Shown here in pieces: positions 48,849-59,257 of a stretch of DNA of 64,000 bases. Both the position numbers and the translations under genes were made by a program. The stretch is from NCBI GenBank assembly GCA_963663225.1, contig OY760142.1:1972333-2036332 (forward strand). The letters run 5' to 3'. The notes under the pieces were generated by a model. That model had not been told where the DNA came from. It worked only from the letters and a program-made list of their open reading frames with translations, and did not search any database. Within the stretch, counting starts at the first letter, position 1. The number at the start of each line of letters is the position of its first letter. The DNA is from Nitrospirota bacterium (GTDB lineage Bacteria > Nitrospirota > UBA9217).

Positions 48849-50138
48849 CTACCGCTCTCGTATCATCTCTGCAACGCATTCGATATGATAGGTATAGGGA
48901 AACATGTCAACAGGCTGAAGACGGTTGAGCCTGAAACCGAAAAGATGGAAGTATTTTAGATCGCGCGCGAGCGTGGATGGATTGCACGATACATAGATGA
49001 TCTTTTGCGGCACAAACGCAAGGATGCGTTCGAGCGTTTTTAGCGTTGCACCGGCACGGGGCGGGTCAAGCACGATGACATCAGTCTTCATTTTCCTCTG
49101 GAGCAGCATTTTAAGCCCTTTTTGCATATCGTCAGCGATGAACTCAGTATTTTTAAGACCGTTTAATTCGGCGTTTGCGGCAGCATCCTCTATAGCGGAG
49201 TAGCCTGATTCAATGCCGATTACGGACCCGGCCTTTTGGGCGATTGGCAGCGCGAAATTCCCGATGCCGCAATAGAGATCGAGCACCGTTTCGCTTCCGG
49301 ACAGCGCGGCGAACTCCATGACCGTCCGGACCATATTGATGTTCTGTTCCCAGTTGACCTGAAAAAAGTTCCCTTCCGTGGCGTGAAACGTCAGTCCTTC
49401 AAGTTCAAGCATAAGGCGGTTTTCACCGTGCACAAACGCTTTTTTCTTCCGGGCAAAGCCGGTTATGCCGATCACTTGGGGCGCTATCTTGACAAGATCG
49501 GCAAAGAATGCTTCAGGAAGTGAAAAAGACTCTTCGTCGCTGAACAAAAGAATGTGAACCTTTTCTTCAGGTGTTGCATTAATATGGATTTCCCTGAGCG
49601 CTGGAAGTTGAAACGACAGAGATCGGACGGCATCCAGGGTTTTATTAATAATCGGATGGATGAGAAAGGCGTTTTTGACTTCGATCAGATTGTATGTTCC
49701 CTGCCGGAAAAAACCGATCTGCTGTTTTCCATCCACGGTTCGTACGTTGAACTGGGTGCGCAGACGGTAGTGTTCGGTGCGTGGTGAGGGGAGAATGGAA
49801 CGTGGCTGCCTCGGCTCCATGCCCCCGATTCTCTTGAGGCTGTCCAGGAGGATGTTCTGTTTAAACTGCAGCTGGGCGGGATATGCGATATGCGGCCAGG
49901 TCGCACCGGTGTACCGTTCTTCTGCTGTATGCGGTTGTAAGATCCTGTCTTTCGACGGAGTGAGAACGTTCAGGAGGTCCGCCTCAAAGATCCCTTTTCT
50001 TTTTCTGCGGACGGCAATAGTTACGCGCTCGCCCGGCAGAACGCCCGGGACAAAAACCGCTTGGCCTGTTTGGAGACGACCCAAACCGCTGCCGCCATAC
50101 ACAAGCTTCTCAATAAGGATTTCCGCCTGTTCGTTCAT
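48849..50138 (-). CDS. rlmD: 23S rRNA (uracil-C5)-methyltransferase RlmD/RumA family
   Basis: 429 aa; TRAM domain, SAM-MTase motifs (LDLYCGIGNF), catalytic Cys near C-terminus. Confidence 0.85.
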   Translation of the reverse strand: MNEQAEILIEKLVYGGSGLGRLQTGQAVFVPGVLPGERVTIAVRRKRKGIFEADLLNVLTPSKDRILQPHTAEERYTGATWPHIAYPAQLQFKQNILLDSLKRIGGMEPRQPRSILPSPRTEHYRLRTQFNVRTVDGKQQIGFFRQGTYNLIEVKNAFLIHPIINKTLDAVRSLSFQLPALREIHINATPEEKVHILLFSDEESFSLPEAFFADLVKIAPQVIGITGFARKKKAFVHGENRLMLELEGLTFHATEGNFFQVNWEQNINMVRTVMEFAALSGSETVLDLYCGIGNFALPIAQKAGSVIGIESGYSAIEDAAANAELNGLKNTEFIADDMQKGLKMLLQRKMKTDVIVLDPPRAGATLKTLERILAFVPQKIIYVSCNPSTLARDLKYFHLFGFRLNRLQPVDMFPYTYHIECVAEMIRER

Positions 50139-50485
50139 TTGAGCAGCTTCTGCACCGTCTCGCGAAGTTGCGTTGTATCGGCGGATTTCACAATATAGGC
50201 GTCTGAACTCCAGCTGCCGAAGTCCTGTTTATATTCTTCATACGCAGTGCAGATAATGATGGGAAGGTTGGGGTCCTTTTCCTTCATCCTGCGCAGCGTT
50301 TCAATGCCGTCCATGTCAGGCATGCGCATGTCAAGCGTGACGATGTCAAACTTTTCGGATGCCATTTTTTCGAGCGCCTGGGCGCCGTTCGAGACGGTTG
50401 TTACGGCGAGGCCCATTTCTTCAAATTCCACTTTGTAGAGTTCTCTGATGTTTTCTTCGTCATCGATAACAAGAATTTTTTTCAT
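50135..50485 (-). CDS. Single-domain response regulator (CheY-like receiver)
   Basis: 116 aa; KILVIDDEENIREL, D-54 equivalent in IVTLDMRMPDMDG. Confidence 0.88.
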   Translation of the reverse strand: MKKILVIDDEENIRELYKVEFEEMGLAVTTVSNGAQALEKMASEKFDIVTLDMRMPDMDGIETLRRMKEKDPNLPIIICTAYEEYKQDFGSWSSDAYIVKSADTTQLRETVQKLLK

Positions 50486-50516
50486 GGTCCCTCCTTGGGT
50501 CTCATCGCAATGGATA

Positions 50517-52901
50517 TTACGCTTTTTGCTGCACAGAACACGGCAACTTGAATGTAAAGACCGCTCCCCCTGGTTCGTTGTTGCGCATTTCGATCCGCCC
50601 TTTATGGGCTTTTATAATTCTGTTCGTGATCGGCAGGCCGAGCCCCGTGCCGCGGGGTTTCGTGGAATAGTATGGATTAAAAATATTATGCATGACTTTT
50701 GCGGAAATCCCGGGCCCGGTATCCGCAATTTCGATGGCGGCTTCTCCGGTTTCCTGCACGAAGAAGGTTTTAACGGAAAGCGTGCCGCCATGCTCCATGG
50801 CTTCTATCGCATTTTTTATGACATTGATCAGCGCCTGTTTCATCTGCTGAGTGTCTATCGTCAGACAGGGCAGCGAAAAGGAAAGATCGTGGATGACGTG
50901 GATACGGCGTTGCGCAAATTCCAGTTCGTACAACATGAGAATGTCACGGATAATATCGTTGATGTTTGCTTCGGATGACTGGAGGGATGCTTCCTTGATA
51001 TAGGACAGATTATCGTGAATGATCCCTTCAAGACGAGCTACTTCACTGAGAATAATATCGATATATTTTTTATCTTCGCCCTGTTGCAGCTTTTGGGCAA
51101 GTCGTCTGGTAAATCCGCCGATGGAAACAAGAGGATTTCTGATCTCATGCGTAATTTCTGCGATCATGGCGCCGAGGGCCGCCATTTTTTCAGACTGGAC
51201 GAGTTGCTCGTGCAGGGTCCGCATATCTTTATTCATCGTTTCGAGATTGGTGTGAATAATGGCATTTTCGATGGCAAGTGCCGCCTGATGAGCAAACAAG
51301 GTGAAAAAGCGGATGTCACCGTCGGTGATGGGGCGCCTGTTAAACATATTGTCCACCAGCATGACGCCGATGACCCTGTCTTTTGCCACGAGTGGAACGG
51401 TTGCAAAACTTTCCGCCTGGAGCGTTTCTCTGAGTTCTTTTGGTACGATGGGATTTGAACCCGCATCAACAATATTATACGGCCGTTTATTGAGCGTGGT
51501 AAGCGCCAGAACGCCTTCTTCAGGCGCCAGCGGAACGCGGATGCTTCTCGCCAGGGTGTTGAGCGCTGATTCCCGGTGCTCGAAAAGTTCCCCAGTTTGA
51601 ATCCATTCCAGAAGGTTTTTATGTTTGGTCGTTACTTCGCTCCAGTCGCGGCCAGCCTCTTCCCACGTTGTCGGCCCGATGCCCATCATCCCCTGAAGGG
51701 TGTTGGTGCGCTCGTTTGTGAGGAGCAGGAGCGCTCGATTGAAGCCAAGGCCGCTGCCGCCCATTGTGGCCGCGGTCAGAATAATTCTGAGAAGACGGTC
51801 CAGATTCAGCGTCGTGCTCATGGCCGTGCCGATATCGTAAAGGATGGAAAGCTCCTGTGCCCGGGTCCGGGCTTCGATGGCTAGGATTTCCATGCGTTCA
51901 TACATGACGGCATTTTCGACTGCCGTGGCGGCTCCGGCTGCAACAGTGGTCAGAAATTGAAGGTCGGCTTCCTGAAAGGAACGTCCCTCCTGTTTGTGAT
52001 AGAGCGTGATGACCCCGAGTACCTTGTCCCGGAACAAAAGCGGTACACTGATGACGGACAGTTCGTTTAAACCGGTTGTATCCGGCAATGAAACATCTTT
52101 GACCGCGTCCGGGATCAGAACAGATGTTTTTTCCCGCACGACCCGTTCAGCAACGGTGCTGCCTATTTTGGCGTCAAACATTGCTACAGCATCTCCAATA
52201 ATGCTGTAGGATGAGAACATCTTATGCGGTGGTATTTCCGGAAGATTCACGAGTCTGATGGTGCAACCCTGGGCGCGGATCGATTCCGTACTGTTTTTTG
52301 CAACGAGAGAAAGTATCTGGTCAAGATCAAGAGTGGATGTGAGCGCCATGCTGATCCGGTAAATAGTGGCGAGTTCGGTCAAGCGGTCCTGCACATTTTG
52401 AAAAAGTTGCGTGCTTCTGATCACGCCTGCCAACTGGTTTGCCGTGGTGGTGAGAAGGGTGATGTCGGATATGGCGGGGCTCCACGAAGGTGCAGAGAGC
52501 GCAAAAATAACCCCAAGGCAACGGTCTTCATCCAGAATCGGGGCAGCGGCAAGAGATTTAAATTTCTCAATTCCCGATATGGGAACATAGGAGAATCGGG
52601 TGTCGGAAAAAGGGTCTTCAAGGGCCAGAGGTACTCGCTGTTCCGCCACCCATCCCGCGATGCCGACGCCGATAGGGAATGTAATTTTACCCACGGCTTC
52701 CTGGTTCAGACCGGTTGCAGCCGCGAGCGTTAATGTTTTGCCCGTGCGGTCAACCAAAAATATGGAGGCGCCGTCCTTGTTCATTCCCTGCGCTACAACC
52801 TCGACAATCCGCTGGAGTTTCCTGGGAAGATCATCGGCAGAGTTCGATATCCGGCTTATATCGCTCAGGATGCTCAGTTCTATTTTTTCTATTGTTTCCA
52901 T
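50517..52901 (-). CDS. Multi-GAF-domain sensor histidine kinase
   Basis: 794 aa; at least three GAF domains, HisKA (ITHEIRNPL) and HATPase_c. Confidence 0.85.
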   Translation of the reverse strand: METIEKIELSILSDISRISNSADDLPRKLQRIVEVVAQGMNKDGASIFLVDRTGKTLTLAAATGLNQEAVGKITFPIGVGIAGWVAEQRVPLALEDPFSDTRFSYVPISGIEKFKSLAAAPILDEDRCLGVIFALSAPSWSPAISDITLLTTTANQLAGVIRSTQLFQNVQDRLTELATIYRISMALTSTLDLDQILSLVAKNSTESIRAQGCTIRLVNLPEIPPHKMFSSYSIIGDAVAMFDAKIGSTVAERVVREKTSVLIPDAVKDVSLPDTTGLNELSVISVPLLFRDKVLGVITLYHKQEGRSFQEADLQFLTTVAAGAATAVENAVMYERMEILAIEARTRAQELSILYDIGTAMSTTLNLDRLLRIILTAATMGGSGLGFNRALLLLTNERTNTLQGMMGIGPTTWEEAGRDWSEVTTKHKNLLEWIQTGELFEHRESALNTLARSIRVPLAPEEGVLALTTLNKRPYNIVDAGSNPIVPKELRETLQAESFATVPLVAKDRVIGVMLVDNMFNRRPITDGDIRFFTLFAHQAALAIENAIIHTNLETMNKDMRTLHEQLVQSEKMAALGAMIAEITHEIRNPLVSIGGFTRRLAQKLQQGEDKKYIDIILSEVARLEGIIHDNLSYIKEASLQSSEANINDIIRDILMLYELEFAQRRIHVIHDLSFSLPCLTIDTQQMKQALINVIKNAIEAMEHGGTLSVKTFFVQETGEAAIEIADTGPGISAKVMHNIFNPYYSTKPRGTGLGLPITNRIIKAHKGRIEMRNNEPGGAVFTFKLPCSVQQKA

Positions 52902-52911
52902 AGCAGGGATA

Positions 52912-54360
52912 TCAATCAGATTTTTTTAATGCTTTCCGGTATATTTTTACATACTCCCGGGCCGAGTGCTCCCAGGAAAAATCCTGCTTCATGCCGTTCT
53001 GCATCAGGCGTTTCCACGCTTTCCGTTCCTGATACAGGGTGTTGGCATGCTGAAGACAGCGCGCAAGAGCGGAGGCGGAATATTCTTCAAACAACAAGCC
53101 GGTCCCCAACCCTGTTTTTGGATTATATGCTGCAATGGTGTCTGCTAATCCGCCCGTTTTGCGGACAATCGGAACGGTGCCGTAGCGCAGTGCGATCATT
53201 TGTCCGAGGCCGCACGGTTCATACCGGGACGGCATAAGGAACATGTCGCATCCTGCATAAATATTTTTTGCCATCTGGTCGTTGTACTGCAGTATGATTC
53301 GCATCCGGTTCTGGTAACGGCCGGCGGCCTCCGTCAGGAGGTCGTGATATTTTTTGTCACCGGTTCCGAGGATGGTCATTTGTATATCGAGCGTCATGAT
53401 TTCCGGAAGAGCACCGACGAGAATATCAAGGCCCTTCTGATCAACGAGACGCGTGACCATGCCGAGACTGGGGACATTGGATTCAGGAAGGCCGACTGCA
53501 GCTTGCAGCGTCTGCTTGCAATAGTGCTTTCCGGAAAGTCGTATCGGACTGAATGTTTTAGGAAGAGTACGATCGTGAGCCGGATCATAAACAAGATAAT
53601 CAATTCCGTTTATAATTCCGTAAAGATCCGCCGATCGCTTCGTCAGCACGCCTTCAAGCCCATAGCCGTATTCGGCTGTCTGAATTTCACGGCTATAGGT
53701 TTCACTGACCGTCGTGATAATGTCAGAATACACAAGGCCCGCCTTGAGGAAATTGATTTTATCCCAGAATTCTATGCCCTCGTGAGTAAAGAGGTCCCAT
53801 CCAAAACCGGTCAGGCGCAAGTCTTCTTTGGGGAAAAGTCCCTGATATCCCAGGTTGTGCACTGTGAAGATCGATTTTGCACGGCGCAATTCCTTGTTGT
53901 TCTGATAAATTTTTTTCAGGTAAAGCGGTGCGAGGGCGGTCTGCCAGTCATTGCAGTGAATGACGTGGGGGGTGAAGTTCAGATTGCGGCAGAGCTCCGG
54001 TATCGCGCGGGAAAAAAAGATGAATCGTTCGGCATTGTCCGGGTAATCGGCGTTTGTCGTGCCGTAGAGTTCCGGACGATCATAGAAAATATCCTTCCCG
54101 ATAAAATAGACGATAACGTTTTTCCCAAGGGTTCCTTGAAAAACGTCGCAGCGCTCCTTCCACGCACCGAGCGGCACGGAAAATTCCGCAATATGCCGGA
54201 GCCCGAAGGCCGCAGGGTTTACCTGGCGGTAGCGCGGCATCACGACGCGAACATCGTGGCCGAGAGATGCAAGCGCTATCGGAAGGCTTCCGGCAACATC
54301 AGCGAGGCCGCCGGTTTTAGCAAAAGGAGCAACTTCTGATGCGGCAAAAAGAATTTTCAT
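52912..54360 (-). CDS. glgA: Glycogen synthase (ADP-glucose type)
   Basis: MKILFAASEVAPFAKTGGLADV N-terminal signature; GT5/GT-B; start ATG overlaps galT-like stop (ATGA). Confidence 0.92.
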   Translation of the reverse strand: MKILFAASEVAPFAKTGGLADVAGSLPIALASLGHDVRVVMPRYRQVNPAAFGLRHIAEFSVPLGAWKERCDVFQGTLGKNVIVYFIGKDIFYDRPELYGTTNADYPDNAERFIFFSRAIPELCRNLNFTPHVIHCNDWQTALAPLYLKKIYQNNKELRRAKSIFTVHNLGYQGLFPKEDLRLTGFGWDLFTHEGIEFWDKINFLKAGLVYSDIITTVSETYSREIQTAEYGYGLEGVLTKRSADLYGIINGIDYLVYDPAHDRTLPKTFSPIRLSGKHYCKQTLQAAVGLPESNVPSLGMVTRLVDQKGLDILVGALPEIMTLDIQMTILGTGDKKYHDLLTEAAGRYQNRMRIILQYNDQMAKNIYAGCDMFLMPSRYEPCGLGQMIALRYGTVPIVRKTGGLADTIAAYNPKTGLGTGLLFEEYSASALARCLQHANTLYQERKAWKRLMQNGMKQDFSWEHSAREYVKIYRKALKKSD

Positions 54361-55352
54361 AGCTTGATTTCCCGCAGGAACTTGGCAGTGTCCTCGGGTG
54401 GCGTGGGGTTTATATAAAAGCCCGATCCCCATTCAAAACCGGCAACGTTTGTAAGTTTGGGCATGATTTCGATATGCCAGTGGTAGTAATCATTGCGCTC
54501 ATCCCTGAAGGGGGATGTGTGGACTACATAGTTGTAAGGGGGATTCGAAAGAGCCCGGTCGTTTCTTCGCAGAATGTCCTGGAGCATCCCCGCTAGATCG
54601 TGAAAGTCTTCGTTGGATGAATAGGAAAAACAGGAGACGTGGTTTTTCGGAAGTATCCAGGTCTCAAATGGAAACCGGGGCGCATACGGCGCGAGCGCGA
54701 CAAAACGTTGCGTCTCCGATACCATTCGCGTGCCTGTTTGCATTTCCTGCCGGATGATATCGCAGAAAATGCAGCGTTCTTTCATATCATAGTGCCGCTT
54801 GCTTCCGTCGATTTCGTCCTGCACCTGGATCGGGATAATAGGAAGGGCGATGAGTTGAGAGTGCGTGTGTTCAAGTGTGGCGCCCGCCAGAAGTCCTTCA
54901 TTTTTGAAAATGAGGGTATACTGAAAGCGCTTGTCTCGCTTCAGGTCCTCCATGCGGTCGCGGTAGGCGCGGAACATGTCCTGGACAGCCTGCTGCGGCA
55001 GGGATGCCAGCGTAGCATCATGGTCGGGGCTTTCGATGATTACCTCGTGAGCGCCGATGCCGTTCATCTTGTCGAAGATGCCCTCTCCCTGTCTGTTTAA
55101 ATCGCCTTCAACCTGGAGCGCCGGGAATTTGTTCGGTACGACGCGAAGCCTCCATCCAGGCCCGTTTGGCTGGCCGGAATCCCGATAGGCAAGGACCTCG
55201 TTCGGCGTCGTGCGTTCATTCCCCGCGTCGAAGGGGCAGAATCCGCCGGTTTTTTTTCCGCGCTGGTCGTGAAAATCCGTGGGCCGTTTACCGCGTTCGG
55301 ATGAGATGATTACCCAGCGACCGGTAATGGGGTCTTTACGTAGCTCTGGCAT
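54357..55352 (-). CDS. galT: Galactose-1-phosphate uridylyltransferase-like HIT-family nucleotidyltransferase (possible ADP-glucose phosphorylase)
   Basis: 331 aa; CPFCxGNE-like N-terminal Zn site (CPFDAGNERT), HxHxQ motif (HTHSQLIALP). Confidence 0.8.
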   Translation of the reverse strand: MPELRKDPITGRWVIISSERGKRPTDFHDQRGKKTGGFCPFDAGNERTTPNEVLAYRDSGQPNGPGWRLRVVPNKFPALQVEGDLNRQGEGIFDKMNGIGAHEVIIESPDHDATLASLPQQAVQDMFRAYRDRMEDLKRDKRFQYTLIFKNEGLLAGATLEHTHSQLIALPIIPIQVQDEIDGSKRHYDMKERCIFCDIIRQEMQTGTRMVSETQRFVALAPYAPRFPFETWILPKNHVSCFSYSSNEDFHDLAGMLQDILRRNDRALSNPPYNYVVHTSPFRDERNDYYHWHIEIMPKLTNVAGFEWGSGFYINPTPPEDTAKFLREIKL

Positions 55353-55485
55353 ACATTCTCCTCATATTGCCGGCAGTGCAACAGCCGCATTTTTGTGAAA
55401 ATATTGAATGCCCTACTCTGTTCGTATTATATCCGTCCTGTATGGTGTTGTCAAAAAGACTCTTGGTATGTTATGATGAAACGGT

Positions 55486-55950
55486 ATGGCAGGTAAAATA
55501 GACAAGCTTTCAGTAACGCTCGGGAAAATTCTGCGTGCCCGTGGTCTTGGCGGCCGTCTGCATGAATATCGCATCATCGAAAAATGGGGACAGATGGTAG
55601 GCACAGTGATTGCGCGGCATGCACAACCCCACCTGATACGGGGGAAAAGGCTCACGCTTATTGTGGACAGCCCTGCCTGGATGCAGCAGCTTTCACTGCT
55701 CAAACAGGAAATTATTGAACAAGTGAATAAGAACCTTGGCAAGGACACGATACAAAGTATTATTTTGAAATTAGGTGAAATTACTTCACCACCGGTATCT
55801 CAAGAAAAATTATCAAAAAGCGGCAGCCTCAGCCGGGAGGATGCCGCACAGATTGAAGCCTGTCTCCAGGGAATACGCGATCCTGATGTTAGACAGGCTA
55901 TCCAGAAGGTAATGGAAAAGGATTTTTTGAACAGAAAAAACATTCTGTGA
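55486..55950 (+). CDS. dciA: DUF721/DciA-family protein
   Basis: 154 aa; DUF721 pattern (IIEKWGQMVGTVIARHAQPHLIRGKRLTLIVDSPAWMQQL). Confidence 0.7.
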   Translation: MAGKIDKLSVTLGKILRARGLGGRLHEYRIIEKWGQMVGTVIARHAQPHLIRGKRLTLIVDSPAWMQQLSLLKQEIIEQVNKNLGKDTIQSIILKLGEITSPPVSQEKLSKSGSLSREDAAQIEACLQGIRDPDVRQAIQKVMEKDFLNRKNIL

Positions 55951-56085
55951 CAGAGAAACAACGACAGAACTTCATGCTGGCAACGATGTATTATTGCTTT
56001 TGAGCGGCAATTTAGACCGGCCATAGGACATTTTAAAAACATAGAAATACTGTTTTTTTTGTTGTTTTTTTATAAAGTTGTATGC

Positions 56086-56091
56086 TAAAAT
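56086..56091 (+). promoter_or_regulatory. Extended -10 element (TGcTAAAAT) upstream of lactate permease gene
   Basis: TG-n-TAAAAT at 56083-56091, ~150 nt upstream of start; weak -35. Confidence 0.3.
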
Positions 56092-56240
56092 GAACTTTAG
56101 AAAATTTTTATTGGTTTAGACTTTAAAAATATTGCCTGTTTTTATCTGCCATCAATCATTGCACCGTTTTATGGTACGTGCTTTCTTAGGGCTGAGGGCG
56201 ACGCAAACAAACGATTACGACAAGCAGGAGGGGAAACAAT

Positions 56241-58013
56241 ATGCAGTGGAAGATGGTAACCGATCCTTTCGATAATATTGGCCTGTCCGCACTTTTGGCG
56301 GCAATACCTATTCTCTACCTGTTCTGGGCGTTGGCCTATGTACGTATGAAAGGGCACTGGGCTGCCATCAGTGGAACCATCATTGCTATTCTTGTCGCCA
56401 TCTTTGGCTACGGAATGCCGGTGGAGCTCGCAATGGCATCCACCTTCTTCGGGAGCCTCTTCGGACTCTGGCCGGTGGGATGGATCGTGGTCACTGCAAT
56501 TTTCCTGTTGAGCCTCTCCATCAGGACTGGTCAATTTGAAATCATCAGAAACTCTCTTGCTGCGGTTACGGCCGACCGCCGCATGCAGGCGCTGTTGATC
56601 GCTTTTTCATTCGGGGCCTTCATTGAAGGAGCCTCGGGATTCGGAACGCCTGTCGCGATTACCGGCGCAATGCTGATTGGACTCGGCTTTGAACCACTAT
56701 ATGCAGCCGCCATCTGTCTTCTTGCAAATACCGCCCCGGTGGCATTCGGCGTCATCGGTATCCCTGTCACGGTTGCCAGCCAGGTTTCCGGCGTTGACCT
56801 GACGGCCCTCAGCCAGTTGGTGGGACGCACGCTGCCGTTTTTAAGTCTCATTATTCCCTTCTATATTGTCGTGCTCATGTCAGGCTGGAAAAAAGGAATG
56901 GTTGTCTGGCCTGCCTGCCTGGTGTGCGGCGGTTCATTCGCAATAACCCAATGGTATGTTTCCAATTTTATCGGCCCGCAGCTTACCGACATCGCCGCCG
57001 CCCTTGTTTCGATCGTCTGTCTTACGGTCTTCCTGCATAGGTGGCATCCGGAGGAAGTCTGGACTTTTGAACACGAGCCTGATGCAGTCAGCAGAGAGGA
57101 ACTGAAGTATTCAGGGGGGCAAGTATTTAAAGCATGGGCTCCGTTTATCATAATGTCGGTTTTTGTGGCCGCCTGGGGTATCGGACCAATCAGATCGGTT
57201 CTTGATTCCTTCGGCATGGTGAAATTAGAAATCCCCATGCTCCATAATGCGGTTATTCGGGGCGGTGTTCCGATGGCGGCAGTTTACAATTTCAATATTC
57301 TGAGCGCGGCTGGCACCGCTATGCTGTTTGCGGCCATTTTTTCTATCCCCGTGATGGGCGCGTCCATGGAAACTGTTGTGAGCGTTGCCAAGGAAACCAT
57401 TGCAAGACTCCTGTGGACCATGGTTACTATTGCGTCCATTCTCGGTTTCGCCTATATCATGAACTTCTCGGGAATGGCGGTTACTCTTGGTTATGCGTTC
57501 GCCCAAACAGGAATTTTCTTTCCGTTCTTCGCCGCGTTCCTGGGATGGCTGGGAGTGTTCATGACTGGGTCTGACACGTCATCCAATGCGCTGTTCGGAA
57601 AACTGCAGGAAGTTACCGCCCGGGCAATCGGTGTGGACCCTGTGGTCACCGTTGCAGCCAATGCATCGGGCGGGGTATGCGGAAAAATGATTTCTCCGCA
57701 GTCGCTTTCTGTTGCAACAGCCGCGACGCACTTGGTAGGACGGGAAGCGGATATTCTGCATTTGACGATCAAGCACTCGATCATTCTGACCGCTTTGATT
57801 GGTGTTTTTGTGTATCTTCAGGCATACGTCCTTACCTGGATGATTCCCGTGTATGAGAAAGCCGCCGTTGCTGCGCCGGCCGCAACAGCAGCCGCTGCAT
57901 CAGCGTCGCAGACGGAAGGGATCATCTATTTGTCGGTCACTCTCGGGATAACGATTATTTTGATTATTTCGGCAATCAGTGCGGCAGGCTCTCGGTCGAG
58001 ATCTGCTGCCTGA
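56241..58013 (+). CDS. lctP: L-lactate permease (LctP family)
   Basis: 590 aa, ~14 TM; LctP family N-terminal signature; SD GGAGGGG upstream. Confidence 0.9.
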   Translation: MQWKMVTDPFDNIGLSALLAAIPILYLFWALAYVRMKGHWAAISGTIIAILVAIFGYGMPVELAMASTFFGSLFGLWPVGWIVVTAIFLLSLSIRTGQFEIIRNSLAAVTADRRMQALLIAFSFGAFIEGASGFGTPVAITGAMLIGLGFEPLYAAAICLLANTAPVAFGVIGIPVTVASQVSGVDLTALSQLVGRTLPFLSLIIPFYIVVLMSGWKKGMVVWPACLVCGGSFAITQWYVSNFIGPQLTDIAAALVSIVCLTVFLHRWHPEEVWTFEHEPDAVSREELKYSGGQVFKAWAPFIIMSVFVAAWGIGPIRSVLDSFGMVKLEIPMLHNAVIRGGVPMAAVYNFNILSAAGTAMLFAAIFSIPVMGASMETVVSVAKETIARLLWTMVTIASILGFAYIMNFSGMAVTLGYAFAQTGIFFPFFAAFLGWLGVFMTGSDTSSNALFGKLQEVTARAIGVDPVVTVAANASGGVCGKMISPQSLSVATAATHLVGREADILHLTIKHSIILTALIGVFVYLQAYVLTWMIPVYEKAAVAAPAATAAAASASQTEGIIYLSVTLGITIILIISAISAAGSRSRSAA

Positions 58014-58224
58014 TTACTACTTTTGTTAGGTGCTAAAATCGGACCACGGTCCGCAGTCCGGTCTCCGGACAAATGTTTTCGGCAAGGAGATCATTCAGCG
58101 GCAAGACCATATTAAAAACACTCAGGATGCGAGCTTCAACAGACAGTATTCCTAATCCAGTACGTAATATTTCCATTCGTTGCCACGTGTAACGAGGTGT
58201 GTATTCAAAGTGGGGGAGGAGAAC

Positions 58225-58590
58225 ATGGATCGGCAGGACATATATGTTAAGACCGATAAAGCTTCCGAGGAGATACAGAACAGAAAGTACAAATTGTCTC
58301 AGGCATTACGCTCGCTCCTGATCATGATTGACGGCACAAAAACTATCGGCTCCTATGTGACCCAGGCTGTAGCGCTCGGAGACGTTACTGCAATGCTTCA
58401 GGAGTTGGAACAGCAGGGATTTATCAAAAAAAGTACGGATGCTCCCAGACCCCTGCCGACCAGCATGCCGGGCGGAAAAACTTCACCAGGAACAGGCCAG
58501 GAAAAGGGACCTGCGAAAACCGGCGGCGGCATGATAGATCTGGGCACCTTGTTCACATCGGGAGACCAGGACAAAAGCAAAAAAAAATAA
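58225..58590 (+). CDS. Hypothetical protein with Gly/Lys-rich C-terminus
   Basis: Start MDRQDIY after SD GGGGGAGGAG; no confident family. Confidence 0.5.
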   Translation: MDRQDIYVKTDKASEEIQNRKYKLSQALRSLLIMIDGTKTIGSYVTQAVALGDVTAMLQELEQQGFIKKSTDAPRPLPTSMPGGKTSPGTGQEKGPAKTGGGMIDLGTLFTSGDQDKSKKK

Positions 58591-58654
58591 ATTTTTACCT
58601 TTCAGCAGGACTGCTCCGATATCTGTAAATTATCTGCTCAAAACTGCAAGCCGC

Positions 58655-58700
58655 ACAACAACCAGAGACAAGAAAGTTTTTTCTTGTCTCTGGTTGTTGT
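58655..58700 (+). terminator. Long perfect hairpin (20-21 bp stem, AGTTTT loop); probable terminator/insulator
   Basis: ACAACAACCAGAGACAAGAA-agtttt-TTCTTGTCTCTGGTTGTTGT, 65 nt after stop of upstream gene; followed by GATTTGT. Confidence 0.5.
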
Positions 58701-59073
58701 GATTTGTACTTCCAAATAGTTACATCCACGTATCTTCCTCCCTTAAAAATATCAAAAATTAATATCTCTTTTACGACAAACATTTTAGTTGCATGCATTC
58801 CCCTCAATATGATTATTATTGGAGTATTCGTATAATTCATATTATAAATATAAGATTTGTAATATGAACCGCAATTAATTGTAAATTAATGAATTGTTCA
58901 TAGCAGGAGCGGGCTGCTATAATCTATTTTATAGCGACATTAAAGCACTAAAAACGGTTGAATACTTTATAATACTAATGAATCAAGCTATTAAGCCATT
59001 GGCATATTTCTTGCTCAAAAAGTTTATTAGTAAAGTTCTTTTTTTTGTTATTATTAGTATATAATTATTTTAG

Positions 59074-59138
59074 CTATTTGATAAATGTATTTATCTGAAG
59101 AGAAATGATTAGTTTTACCTATTTGACAAATATATTTC
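59074..59138 (+). promoter_or_regulatory. Two direct repeats CTATTTGAyAAATrTATTT (45-bp spacing) in AT-rich hydrogenase leader
   Basis: 59074-59095 and 59119-59138, 18/20 identical; each contains palindromic ATTTG-n-CAAAT core; ~120-180 nt upstream of hydrogenase small subunit. Confidence 0.4.
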
Positions 59139-59257
59139 TTGATGCTAAAAATACTAAAATTTTTTTTATGCAGCAGAGGTGAATAGATAATGACCGTTCA
59201 TTTGCTCTGCATTATTTTTACTTAAGACACCGGCGTTTATTTTTGAAGGAGGAAGGT

